Under the pieces are notes generated by a model. That model did not search any database, was not told the origin of the DNA, and saw only the letters and a list, made by a program, of their open reading frames with translations. A stretch of 64,000 nucleotides of DNA from Hamiltosporidium tvaerminnensis FI-OER-3-3 (taxonomy: Eukaryota; Fungi; Microsporidia), in assembly GCA_022605425.2 (NCBI GenBank), contig JAKIMF020000005.1:1302001-1366000 (forward strand). Direction: 5' to 3'. A program made the position numbers and the translations under genes. Shown here piece by piece: positions 1-12,000 of the stretch (the stretch's first letter is position 1; every line of letters starts with the position of its first letter).

Positions 1-861
1 AAAAAATCTGGTAAGACTGTAGATCATCTAGCAACTCTATGTGAAAAAATGCTAGGCCATGACTACACCAGACGGCATAATGAAGTGGTTAGATGCCTAC
101 ACTTACTTCTCTTAAATAGATATATGTTTAAGTCTTCAAAAGAAATCAGGAGTCACTCAGTTCAAGAAATTCTTGATAATGAGTATGCAGAGATAAGAGT
201 GGACACCAGAATAAAAACTGATTTTAAAATTCGGAATAACAGACCCGACATATTTATTTTAGATAAGAAGAAGAATAAGATAACACTCATTGAAGTAGGA
301 ATCACTTCCCAAGATTCACTTCAAATAGTTGAAACTGAAAAACTTAGGAAGAATGACCTGCTAGCCAATGAGTTGGGTCTTATTTATGTGTAGTGTTGAG
401 ATAATCCCTTATGTGATGACCTGGGATGGTATTGTGACAAAATACCACAAATCTCATCTTAAAAGACTAGAAATACCCATGAATGTAGAGGCATACATTC
501 AGTCTATAGTACTTAAGAAGACAGTCGAAACAATTTCCTTAGATCGACGAAGAGGACTTGAGTCAGGACTAAATGCCGAAGATAATTGGGAGAGAGCGTC
601 AATGGGTGTTATTATGAGACCAAGATGCATGAGGAACCAACAGCCCCTTTAAAAGAAGAGAAGAGAAAGGAAGATGGTGCAAAAAAATTTAAAAGTAAAA
701 AATATACACCCCTTATTTCACAAGAAAAACCACTTTAGAGGAACCGACCAATATCATAAATGAAGAGTCGGATTTGGAATAAGAGACAAAAGTGGTTAAA
801 GAGGTAGAAGAAATACATAAAAATGTTAAAAATCTCTTAACCCAGAATTTTATTAAATAAA
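1..861 (+). mobile_element. 3' part of R4/Dong-clade RLE non-LTR retrotransposon (frameshifted; runs off the window start)
   Basis: ORFs 49-393 and 368-652 match the C-terminus of the intact ORF at 49296-53057 (YTRRHN, RPD..IEV endonuclease). Ends in the family tail TTAACCCAGAATTTTATTAAATAAA. Confidence 0.95.
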
Positions 862-952
862 ATGCACACATTTCTTAAATATAAAAATATTTTTTCCTTT
901 TTTCTTTAAAAATTTCCAAATAAAATATTTTATTAAACCCTTTCATTTAAAA

Positions 953-2638
953 ATGACTGATATTTCTCAACACAATTTGTTCATTGATGGTAAAGTTTTG
1001 GTAGGGAATTCAGTAACGGAAAAGTTTAATAATGCCTGTACAAATACTTCGAACATTCTTCGTACTTCCTTTGGACCACTGGGATTGGATAAGATGTGCA
1101 TCGATCCTTCTAATAATATTTTAATTACAAATGATGGCGCAACAATTTTAACAAATACTACCAACGGTAACGATTTCGATATAATCAGTCAATTTCTTTC
1201 TAACATTTCGAATCAACAGGATAAAGAAATTGGAGATGGAACAACTTCAGTGACACTTCTTGCTACATCTCTCTATTCAAAAGCTGTGAATTTACTTTCC
1301 TTAAATGTTTCACCTCGAGTTATAATAAATGGATATCGTATGGCTCTGAAAGAATCTATCAGATTTATTAAACAAAAGCTTGAATTACCACTTCAGTCTT
1401 CTCAACTCAATAATCTTATAAGAACAACTATTTCTTCCAAACTTATAAATTCAGCTGCAGAATATTTCATTCCTTTAATAGCAAAAGCATCAAAAACTTT
1501 AGAAAATTATGAAGTCGAGGAAATACCAATTCTTAAAAAAGAAGGCAAAGGAATAAACGATTCTACTTTGTTACAAGGATATGCAATTAATGTGACTCCT
1601 ATTTATAATTTAAATAAGTTTTCTCAAAATTCAGGAAATAAAAAAATAATTCTAATTGATTTCAATTTAAAGAAAACCAAACTTCCTCTTACAACTCACA
1701 TTGTAATTGAAAATCCTGATGAGTTGGAATCTATAAGAATGAAAGAAATTTCACAATTAAAGAACAAAGTAATGACACTTATTAAGACAGGTGTCGATAT
1801 AATATTTTCGAGTAAAGGAATCGATGATATTGGAATTACATTGTTTAGAGAACACGAAGTTATGTTCGTTCGTAGAGTAAGAATTGAGGATTTGAAAGTT
1901 TTATCAAGATTGACAAAGTCTCCAATATATACGGATATAATCGGTATAGGTGACTCTGAAGCAAATCAAAATATAAGTTCTGATGATTTTAACAATTTTA
2001 CAATTCTTCCTACGACAGTCAATTCTGTTAAACAAATTTCAGCCGGAGAAAATGAATTAATGGTTGTTGAACCGATTAATAATATAATGATTTCATATTT
2101 GTTGAGAGGACCAAATGAAGCCGTTCTTGAAGAGATTCATAGAAATTTACTCGATTCCTTACATTCTGTCAAATCCTTAACAAAAAGAGATAGAATAGTA
2201 GCAGGTGGAGGTGCTACTGAGTTGGCTCTTTCTTTATTCCTACAAGATTTCAGTTCTGCAATTTCGACCAAAGAATTTTTACCAATTCATAGATTTGCAG
2301 AAGCTTTACTTGTAATTCCTAAAACTCTTATAAGCAACAGTGGATTGAACAGTACAGAAATTCTTAGTAAAATGGTCAGTAAAATGCAAAATTCAGTCAA
2401 AAATAAAAATGAATCTGATATTCAGAAAGGAAATAAACAAGAACAAAGCAACAAATATTTTGGCTTTGATTGTTTAACTGGAAAAATTCAAAATAATATT
2501 GAAAATGGAATAATCGAACCAAGTAGTCTTAAAATTAAAGTTCTAAGCATTGCTACAGAGGCTGTTTGTAACATGATTAATGTCGATAGCATTGTCATTT
2601 TGAATAAAGAAAAGAAAAGAGAAAGAACTGAATGTTAA
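953..2638 (+). CDS. CCT1: T-complex protein 1 subunit alpha (CCT1 chaperonin)
   Basis: Motifs TSFGPLGLDKM, ITNDGATIL, QDKEIGDGTTSV, VAGGGATE. GPxGLDKM fits the alpha subunit. CCC motif upstream of ATG. Confidence 0.9.
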   Translation: MTDISQHNLFIDGKVLVGNSVTEKFNNACTNTSNILRTSFGPLGLDKMCIDPSNNILITNDGATILTNTTNGNDFDIISQFLSNISNQQDKEIGDGTTSVTLLATSLYSKAVNLLSLNVSPRVIINGYRMALKESIRFIKQKLELPLQSSQLNNLIRTTISSKLINSAAEYFIPLIAKASKTLENYEVEEIPILKKEGKGINDSTLLQGYAINVTPIYNLNKFSQNSGNKKIILIDFNLKKTKLPLTTHIVIENPDELESIRMKEISQLKNKVMTLIKTGVDIIFSSKGIDDIGITLFREHEVMFVRRVRIEDLKVLSRLTKSPIYTDIIGIGDSEANQNISSDDFNNFTILPTTVNSVKQISAGENELMVVEPINNIMISYLLRGPNEAVLEEIHRNLLDSLHSVKSLTKRDRIVAGGGATELALSLFLQDFSSAISTKEFLPIHRFAEALLVIPKTLISNSGLNSTEILSKMVSKMQNSVKNKNESDIQKGNKQEQSNKYFGFDCLTGKIQNNIENGIIEPSSLKIKVLSIATEAVCNMINVDSIVILNKEKKRERTEC

Positions 2639-2652
2639 AAAAAGAATTCTTC

Positions 2653-2965
2653 AATAAAATAATTTTATGCTTTTTTAAATTTATTCTGAATTAAAAAATA
2701 TTTTTTGAGAAAAATAATTTTATGTCTCTTTTAACTTTAAAATTCTGAATTAAAAAATATTTTTTGAGAAAAATAATTTTATGAATTTTTCTTTATTTAA
2801 AACAATTCTGAGCAAAGTAAGATTTACTAAAAAAAATTTTATGATTTCTTTATTTAAAACAATCGCGAATTAAAATAAGATTTACTATAAAAAAAATTTT
2901 ATGATTTCTTTATTTACTAAAATTTTGGTTAAAATCTTTTTCACATTTTAAATAATTTTATGCTT
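2653..2965. repeat. Degenerate ~55-60-bp tandem repeats between the convergent CCT1 and otubain genes
   Basis: Recurring AATAATTTTATG...ATTCTGAATTAAAAAATATTTTTTGAGAA and ATTTACTA...TTTTATGATTTCTTTATTT units. Confidence 0.75.
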
Positions 2966-3008
2966 TTTTTATTTATAAGAAATAAATTTCAGTAAAAAAA
3001 ATTAAATT

Positions 3009-3674
3009 TCATTTCTTTTCATAAATTGGTTCGAAATGTCCAGGAGTAAATAAAATTGAAATTTTAAATTCGTTATTACCAAATCTATGAATAAAAAATT
3101 GTTTTGTTCCCTCAATATTTATAATTTCAATTGAAATTGGTAATTCCTTAACCAAAGCTTCAATTTCAATATGACTTGTTTCAACATAAAATACTTCTAC
3201 ATGTCTTTTACAGTAATTATCCACTGTCGTATCTACCATGAATGGCTGATAAATTTCTTTATTTGTCCTTAGAATAGAAGATATTAAAATTTTAAAATAA
3301 GCAATAATTTCATTGAAATCTGTTTGATCAATATTTTCAAAATCAAAATTGTTATTTCTTGAATCTTTTAAAATCTCTATAAATCTTTCATAAAAATCAA
3401 TAAAAGAAATTTCATCAATTCCAGTAGATTTTATAGTTTCATTGCATTCTTCCAATGATTTCATAAAATTTAAAAAAATATCATTTGATATTGTTTTTGA
3501 AATTTCTAATAATTTGTAAATAAAACTTATATAAAAACAGTTTCCATCTTTCTTCGATTCTCTATAATATTCATATTTCTCTAAAATCATTTCAAAAACT
3601 TCTTTAAATTTTATATTTTCAGAAACCGGATGATCTGATAACTTAAGAAGTTTACTTACAGGTTTTTCTGACAT
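3009..3674 (-). CDS. Otubain-family deubiquitinase (peptidase C65)
   Basis: KDGNCFY catalytic Cys motif and C-terminal LFTPGHFEPIY His motif; CCC motif before ATG. Confidence 0.85.
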   Translation of the reverse strand: MSEKPVSKLLKLSDHPVSENIKFKEVFEMILEKYEYYRESKKDGNCFYISFIYKLLEISKTISNDIFLNFMKSLEECNETIKSTGIDEISFIDFYERFIEILKDSRNNNFDFENIDQTDFNEIIAYFKILISSILRTNKEIYQPFMVDTTVDNYCKRHVEVFYVETSHIEIEALVKELPISIEIINIEGTKQFFIHRFGNNEFKISILFTPGHFEPIYEKK

Positions 3675-5407
3675 TTAAGGGATATTCCAAATATTTGTTT
3701 AGAGATTTATATTTTCATAATTAAATGAAATTTTAAATAAAATTATTTATAAACTTTTATATTAGAGAGATTTATATCAGAGAGATTTATATTAGAGAAA
3801 GAGATTTATTTTTGTTAATTTCGAAACGAATGTAAACCATTAAAAGAGAAATTTTTTTGATTATTTTGTGACATTAAAGGAGAAAATCAATTTAAGATTC
3901 TTAAAAATAGATTCATAAAGATTTTATTTAAAAATTATATTTTATATTTATGAATGTTCAATCACTGCAACGAAAAGTATTTCGTAATAAATTATTTTGA
4001 TATTTCACAGCTTATTGTTTTTTTTGTTGAATACTTAGGCGTTTTTCAAATTATAGATTCATCAATTCATTGTTTTCCTAGTTTTTTGATTTAATCTTAT
4101 AATTAATATTTTTTTTAAACTTATTAAATTTATAATAATAGCATTTCATTTAATGAGTTTAATATCATATTAAGAAATATTATGGCTTTGAGTTATCAGT
4201 ATTTATTCTTAAACCTTTTCAATTAAATTAGTATTGGTTTATCGATTTTAATAAATATTTTTGATAGTTGTTTTAAAATGAAATAAAATATTAATTTCTA
4301 TAATTCTAATCACTAAATGAAACTGTAATATATAGAATTAAATAGCTACAATAATATCTTAAACTATTATCTATAATAGTTAGAAATTCAATAAAATATA
4401 CTGATACATCTGTATCTTGAATGAATTAAAATGGCTATTTTTCAACTTATAATATCAATTTTAATAACTTCTTAAATTCCTTTTTAGGAATTTTTAACAC
4501 AATCCGTTTTTATTTCATGAGAATAGAAATATATCTTTTTTAAAAAAAATAAAATATAGAATAGTTTATACATTCTCTTAACATGAAATATTCAAGGATT
4601 TTCATAGTAGAACTTGGAACGATAGATATATATTAATTCAAATTTTTTATATCGAAAGTTAAATTTTGGTCATTAAAATATTTTTTACTTATATGAAAGA
4701 TATATCACATACTTTGTTTCTATATTTCTAGTAATTTTTTTGAAAGAAAAATTGATCATAAACTTTTATATTATCGTTATAATACTATTTAATATGAATT
4801 CTATTCAAATACAATCTAAATTGTGCTTGGTAAGTCTTTCAAATATAATATTTAGAATATTTGATTTCTTGGAAAAATAAAATCCAAGGAAGCAAGGATA
4901 TCTGAAAATAAACATAAACCAGATACTAATATATTATAAAATATCAACTATTTTTTATGTAGTCGTATAAAAATAGTTTGAGAAAAATCTTATTTTTAGA
5001 TTTCTAAATCATGTTTAAATCTTTCTTCAGCCTTCAGTTTTTGTTATTTAGTATATAAAACAGAGTTTTAGACTGTATTATTTTATCAAATGGCAATACG
5101 GATGTGGTATCATAATTTATGAGATTAAAAACCAGTATTTGTTAAAATTGATTTTATTTTTTTCTTTATGAAAATAAAGAATGATTGATTTAGATTGTAA
5201 CATTGGAAATATATAAATGTATTTCTATGCTTAGATTATCAGTTTGTAAGATTTTCTTAATTATATTTTTTTTACAAATTTAAAAAGAATTTCTGAGTCA
5301 CTTAAATAAACAGAATATTTTAAGAAATTTTTTGTTTTATTAATATGCTGACTCTAAAATGTTCTTAAATCTATTTTGTATAAACATCCATAAAAAAATC
5401 CCTTCCA

Positions 5408-6523
5408 ATGTTCAACTATGAAAAACTACTCGAAAATCATAAATTCGAAAGAAATGAAGATTCTATCACAATAGAATTAAATATTCCTGAAGATTTCATT
5501 TATGAGATTTCTTCAATAAATGTAATATTTACGAATTGTGAAGTGAAACTTTTATGTGATGAAATACCAGAAAATATAAAAGAAAACATCTATAGATTTT
5601 ATAAGAACGATGTATTTCTTTTTATTACGTTTTTGGAAGAAAATTTGGAAGTGTTTTTAAGTGGAAAAATTCCAAAAATTGATTATAATTCTCAAATAAA
5701 TACCAATAATTCAAATATGTCTAATATTAAGGAAAATAGGAATGAAAATAATAAAAATATTTGTAAACCAGCTATATTATTACCAGATGATTATGTTTAT
5801 CCGATTAATGATATAAAATCATTTAATATATCTTATAAAGCAGATAAAAAGAATATTGCATTGCTTTTGGCGGAGAAATTAAATATCAAAGTTTTGTGCA
5901 ATAATTGTAAAAAACATTACAATATTCATTCTAGATTAATATGCGATAAATGTAATGAAATGCTAATATATGAATATTTTTCAACTTTATCAGATCAATT
6001 TTTTGGATTTATTAAATTGGAAAATTGTACTTTTATTGCTTTCAATTATAATAGTTATGTAATAAATTGTTTAACATGTTCAAAAATTTATAGAACTACC
6101 GAAATAGGAATAAATACCCAATTTGAGTTTAAATGCTGTAGATGCTATTCTTTTATAAGTCTTACGCTTAAAGATATTCAATATAAGACATATCAAAAAT
6201 CTTTATCTTCTAAAATTAAAGTTGGTGTACCTTTGCCTGAAAATGGCACATGTATTCATTATAGAAAGTCATTTAGATGGTTTAGATTCCCTTGTTGCAA
6301 TAAATTATTTCCATGCGATATATGTCATGATAAAGAAACAGATCATTGCAATGAAATGGCAAATAAAATGGTATGCGGATTTTGTTCGAAAGAACAAAGT
6401 GTAAAAAATAATTGTGAATGTGGCATGACAATGAAGAAGAGTACAGCACATTGGGAAGGAGGTAAAGGAACACGAAATAAAGTTGTTATGAGTAAGAAAG
6501 ATAATAAAAAATATAAAAAATAA
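5408..6523 (+). CDS. Cys-rich protein with C-terminal CHY zinc finger
   Basis: CIHYRKSFRWFRFPCCNKLFPCDICHD...CGFC CHY finger, several upstream CxxC pairs, WEGGKGTR tail; CCC motif before ATG. Confidence 0.88.
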   Translation: MFNYEKLLENHKFERNEDSITIELNIPEDFIYEISSINVIFTNCEVKLLCDEIPENIKENIYRFYKNDVFLFITFLEENLEVFLSGKIPKIDYNSQINTNNSNMSNIKENRNENNKNICKPAILLPDDYVYPINDIKSFNISYKADKKNIALLLAEKLNIKVLCNNCKKHYNIHSRLICDKCNEMLIYEYFSTLSDQFFGFIKLENCTFIAFNYNSYVINCLTCSKIYRTTEIGINTQFEFKCCRCYSFISLTLKDIQYKTYQKSLSSKIKVGVPLPENGTCIHYRKSFRWFRFPCCNKLFPCDICHDKETDHCNEMANKMVCGFCSKEQSVKNNCECGMTMKKSTAHWEGGKGTRNKVVMSKKDNKKYKK

Positions 6524-6643
6524 AAACAAGTGAGAAATTAAAGCTTTATAGCTGAAAATGTAAATATATATTGTATGGTTCTTCTATTTTTTTGTAGTAT
6601 ATTTTTAAATCAACGTTCAAGATTTTTTTTATGAAATAATAAA

Positions 6644-9016
6644 TTTCAAACCAATATATAGAGTTTACCCAAATAAGGAACAAAAATTATATTTTTTTGA
6701 ATTTAAAATTCTTAAATCTTTTTTTCTTCGGCACAGTTTTCTATAGAGAGGTTCATTATTTACTTATTTATATAGCTCTTGGAGAGAAATTCGGCAAGAA
6801 TTAAATCACATGAAGGTTATTTTAACTATGTTGGAAATAAAATTGAAAACATACCTAACTGATAGGAATAAAGCGCCTTCTTGGTTATATTTGCAGGATT
6901 TTTTTCTAAGAAAAACAATAAACTAGGAGTTAATTAACGAAAAACTGTAATAAGGAAATAAAAATATTATAAAGAGGTAATTGCTGAAAACGATTTTGAA
7001 AAACAACATTCTATATTAAATGCACTTCACATACCTGATCATAAAGGAATTAAAGCGATTTATATGAAATTAAAAACTCGCTTTAACGAGTTTAAATAAA
7101 AATAATCAAAAATTAGGCTCAAATTGTTGTAATTACAGGAGATATCGACCATTAGTCGGAATTACAAATAATAATAGTAATTTAACGACATTCCTGCCAT
7201 ATCGTAAAAAATATAGTATAAATTTAAAAAGTTACTTTATTTAAAAGTATCACATCTTTTTAAAATAGTGGCAAGTGTTATATTTGTTTTCATGACATTA
7301 ACGCAGTTTTAGGGTTAACATAAATGACTCCTACCCCAAAACTCCATCGGTAACCCCTGCGATACCTACATCCCAAAGCCTTTCATCTACCAGGTGTGTA
7401 GAATCTAATTAATAGGCGAGGCAGTTGCCCGGAGTATGTTAGTGTCCGTTGCATGGAGTGTGATCGAAGGCCGAAGCCCCCTGGGCTCTCCCAAGACTAT
7501 GCAGCATTCCCACTTACTCTACACTTTCTGAACCCAATAAACTTCTAGCTAAGATATATTTCAGAGATTTATATGGGGTCCACCTAGACAGTGCAATGTC
7601 ATACCAACAGGTATAACCTGCTACTTAGCTTTCCTGGCTTTAAATGGTTTTTTGTTTTGTATCTCCCAGGCGCTAAGTCTTCTAACCCGAGTGAGCAAGG
7701 CTAGGTTTCCATGCTTTTACATGGCAATTACCTACATGTTCAGCTGCGGCTGCAATCTGGTTACATAAAAAACTACAAATAAATTCGTAGAAAAAGTTCC
7801 TCCATTTCTTAGACCTCTCCTCCTCATAACAACTCCCATGGAACAACCGAAGATGTAGTGTGGTTGTATTCACACCAAAAATCCAAACAATGATCTTCAC
7901 ACCAGTTTCACACACTCATTGCCAAGCAGAAAGTTTTTTATGTGGTTATCCTCCCTCCACTAGTATAAATTTAAGAAAATATTCAAATAAATATAATATA
8001 TAGGTGAATTGCATACCTTTTCGATTTTATTCAAAATTTTTCTTTCGTTTGCCTATAAAAGTATAAAATTTGAAGACATTATATCTACTCTAAAGCCAAT
8101 ATTTATATATGAAAATCCCAAGATTGTTTTAAAACGTGATAAGGTCGGGAATCCAGTAATTCGTTTGTCACAAACTTTCTTGTCAGCACAAAAATAGGCG
8201 TGTAAGAATATAGCCAATACATCTTCTAAACAAAGGCCAACTTGAAAGACTTAAAAAGACAATTTTTAGATAAATTGTGAAAGAATTATATGGCATGGAA
8301 AATAGAAAATTGGATTGTTATTCTTAAAGAGTTGTAGTTGAAAAAAAAACATTATGGTTTATTCTAATATATATGTCACCATTGTGGAATATAAACGCCA
8401 AACGAGTATACGAATATTGCCTTCCACAGCTAATTCCACAAAAAATGCAAAATTATTTGAAAACGTATAAGACGACCCAGTACCCGGTCATCGAATCCTT
8501 TTTAGAATTTACCGAGAGATAAGCAGTATACCAGATATGGCAGGGTGAAACTGCAAGCCAATATTATTATCACCGAAAGAGTCAATATTAAGTATATAGG
8601 CGCTTATCTTTCGAAAAAGACAAAGATGCTTGTGTTCATTACCAAAGTATAGCATTTTATCAAAAACATAGTACTTATTTGAAACCCTTTGATAAACATC
8701 AATGTACTTTAAGAAACAAAATAAAATACTTTACAAAAAAGGCTTTGAATTATTAAATAGAGGATTGGCTCTGATAGTTCAAAAGTTTTAAATGAAAAAA
8801 TTCCAATGATATCAAAATTTTAACTCAAAAACAAACTATCAGACTTTTAAAAACCAAATACCGTTTGTCCTGTTTTTTTTCGCTTTTTTTAATGTTTTTT
8901 ACATATTTTTATTGTTTTTTTTTCTCATTTTTATTGCTTCTATTTGTTTTTTCCGTTTTATTGTTACTTATACATTGGTTCCTATTTGGGTAAACAATTC
9001 ACATATTGGTACGACA
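6644..9016 (+). mobile_element. Decayed Ginger-type (retroviral-integrase) DNA transposon with a nested SINE-like insertion
   Basis: Imperfect TIRs at 6644-6690 (TTTCAAACCAATATATAGAGTTTACCCAAATAAGGAAC) and ~8970-9016 (reverse complement TGTCGTACCAATATGTGAATTGTTTACCCAAATAGGAAC). 4-bp TSD TAAA at 6640-6643 and 9017-9020. Integrase remnants: LHIPDHKGIKAIYMKLK (HHCC-like), NLRKYS, KGQLERL, WIVILKEL. Confidence 0.8.
7228..7960 (-). mobile_element. Non-autonomous SINE-like retroelement, copy 1 (733 nt)
   Basis: Co-linear end to end with 27208-27940. Perfect 14-bp TSD TAGTATAAATTTAA at 7214-7227 and 7961-7974. No TIRs or long ORF. AATAAA near the minus-strand 3' end. Confidence 0.88.
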
Positions 9017-12000
9017 TAAATTAATCGAGGCAGATTTGGGAAAATCAATGTAAAACGCTTTAAAGTTATAATAAAAACGCCTATTGACTTTAAAATATCA
9101 TCTTTAACCACGACTTTCGTGCTTTAAACTGGCTTAAAAGGATTCTATGATCTGAAAATGAAGAACAATCAGAAATTTTTTTTCTAAACAAATAAATAAA
9201 CTTTTTTTTAGTGAAGTTGCGCGGAAGGCTCTAGGGATAAACCATAGTAAAATAATAATTGATATTTCTAACGGATTACAGTTATTCAATTCTGCAAATT
9301 TAATTTTTGAACTAAAATTTAGAAAAAAGTTTATTAATAGCTCAATCCAAAGCTTAAATATAAATATTCAAGTTCAAAGACTAAAATATAATAGAAAAAA
9401 TATCCAGAAACTGCTAGTTTAAACCCTCTCAAGACATATATGATTGGGATAAACAGGACTAAATTAAATTGAAACATATTATAAATTTTTGGTTTAAGCA
9501 AGATTTGCACTAATTAGTGCAAAAAAGCATTGGTATATGAAAAAAAGTTTGGATATCTCAGCCTAAAATTGTTCCAAAGAATTTTATGTCGCTTAGGAAG
9601 TAAAAAAAGCAATTATATATTTGTAACTCCGAATTTTTCAAATATACATAGAAAATGTATTATCGATAAAGTTACGAATCCTCATAGGTAGATTCGAAAT
9701 ATTGCTGGGAATTTGTTTAGTAGTAAATCAAACTTTAATGGAATATGAAAGTCATTAAATTTTCAAAAGAAATAATAAGGAATGCCACGTAATTATGAAC
9801 AATGACTTTATGAAGTATTATAGCAAGGATGGATAAATATAGGCATAAAACATCAATGATGCAATAAAAAATTAGGTTTAAAAATTCCACTAAGATTTAA
9901 GTTTCCTATACTTAGATTTTCTTTAATACTAGACCCTACGTAAGAAAAAAATATTTCCATATCAGCCAAAAACATATTCTTTTATTTTCAGTCTATTTGA
10001 TACATTGATATTTGAATTCTAAGCCGACTATGTATTAATCTCAGCCAGAAATATATTTTAAATCCAAATAATTTCTGTAATGAAAAGATAAAAAATAAAT
10101 TCATTATAAATGCTTATGACCTTTATAATTATATGTTGTTTAATTTCTTTCACTAAATCAAAAGCTCTTGGATAAGGCCAAAAAAAATTAATGTATGTCT
10201 ATTTTTTTGCGCTTAAATATTTGCTTCGATTCATCATCAACCTTTAACTTCTTTTGAAAATAAAATTAACTTGTATTTGAAGAGAATGCTAAAATTTCTT
10301 TTTCGGTTAATTTAAATTTCAATGAAATCGCTAAAATAATCTGCGACGTTAAATATTTCTTCAATCTCCGAAATCTTGGATAAATATTAGGCTGGTATCA
10401 TAATTTTAGTTTTAAAAATAGTGAGAATCGTTTCAGAAGATATTTGTTTATCTCTATTTGGTATACATTTATCTTTGGTATAAAACCAGAAAATATAGAC
10501 TGAAGTTACATTTTACCTTTCAAAAATATTCATGTACGACATCTCCAGAAGATATGGCAATGTCAATAAATAAGACTGGTTTTTGTGTTTTTATGGTAAA
10601 AGAAATAATTTATTACGTAATACCCGCCAAGGTGAATTATATAAAATAAAAAATAAAATTATAGCGTTGTGATGTACAAATCCGAGCAGATTTCTTTAGC
10701 ATAAATTAATAAGGTTCACGTAAAAAAGACTTAATTTCTGTATGAACTTTTTAAAAATTTTGATTACATGGATGAACCATCAAGTGAAAATTTTTGAGTT
10801 AAATTTATAAATTTCCTTTTTAGATAATATTGTTAGCTATTTAATTTTAGACATAGTTTATTTTCTTTAAACTATATAAAGTGCTAATAATACAAAAAAG
10901 TAGAAAATAAGCAACATTGAAACCTTTGAAGCACAAGTCAAATATAATATTTTCTAATTTATAAAAATCCAGAAAGGAAAAGAAAGTATAATCCGTTGAG
11001 CAACAATCAAGAAAATCGATATACAAATTACCATTTATGTAATGACTGTAACATAATATTGGCTGTATTTGCTTCTAAAAAACATTAAGAATCTATATAA
11101 ACGCGGTATTAGCTTCTCTATGTATTGAGTAGCAAAAAAAAAATTATTCTCAAATTTTTATAATAGGTTGAAGAAATTTATGTTATATTTCACTTTATTT
11201 TAACGTAAATATCATAAATAAAAAAATAGAAGTGCGGATTAACGCTATTATGTGCTATATACAAAACAGAAAGCGAATCTATGAACGTTTCTACATTGTA
11301 AAATCACACCTGACGTAATTCTTTTAATAGAAGTAAGTCGTTTTTCTGCAAAAAAATGACATAAAAAACTGCGATAGATTAATTATTTTCCGGTTTAAGA
11401 TAATTTTGCTGTTTTTAACACTCATTACATCCTTCTCAGAAATTTATGTTACGTTTTAAAATTTTTTCTGGTAAAGACAGAAAGCTTAATTTTAAAATTT
11501 GGATTATAAGATTTTTAAAACGATTTAATTCAAACATTATTAATATAACATTTATAGGTGCGAAAACTTCATAAATATTTGTTTTTATAGTCAAAAAATA
11601 ACAGGTAATATGATTTGGCATATTTGTAACCAAATTTTTTATTTCTATAGGAACTGTCGATTTTGTTATAAAAAAACATCGATAACATTTTTTAAAGCTA
11701 ATAGAAGAAACTGTAAAAAGTTTAAATAATTATAAATAAAAAATATGTCTTAAACAATTGAAATTCAAAAATTTTCAATGATTAAACAAATTTATACATA
11801 CGCAAGATAAAACGGATAAATATCGAACTAAATTAAAATGCATTAGTTATTTATAAAATCACAAAGGCGAACTTGTATATTGACTTAGATAAACGTACAA
11901 GAGAATTTAAAAATCAAACACCGATGATATCACTTACGTGAGGAACTTGGGATCGGTATAAGAAATTACATCTAAATAAAGAAATCAAAAAAATTAAAAA

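Noticed and set aside
7308-7320. TAACCCTAA (minus strand) as a telomerase RNA template
   Set aside because: Not conserved in copy 2 (TAACCCCAG) and lies near the 3' end; better explained by the LINE-tail motif
7440-7625. Group I intron-like words on the plus strand of the SINE (UGCAUGG/CUAUGCAGC as P4, UUCAGAGAUUUA as R, AAGAUAUA as S)
   Set aside because: The S-like word precedes R, P7 cannot form, J3/4 is missing, and tetraloops plus AATAAA favour the minus strand
7925-7960. Twister or HDV-like ribozyme at the SINE 5' end (GUGGAGGG)
   Set aside because: The required P1/P4 (twister) or P3/P1.1 (HDV) pairings could not be built
9500-11700. Possible decayed protein-coding sequence (also 29700-31500 and 43200-44220)
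   Set aside because: Coding-like composition but no motif I could identify
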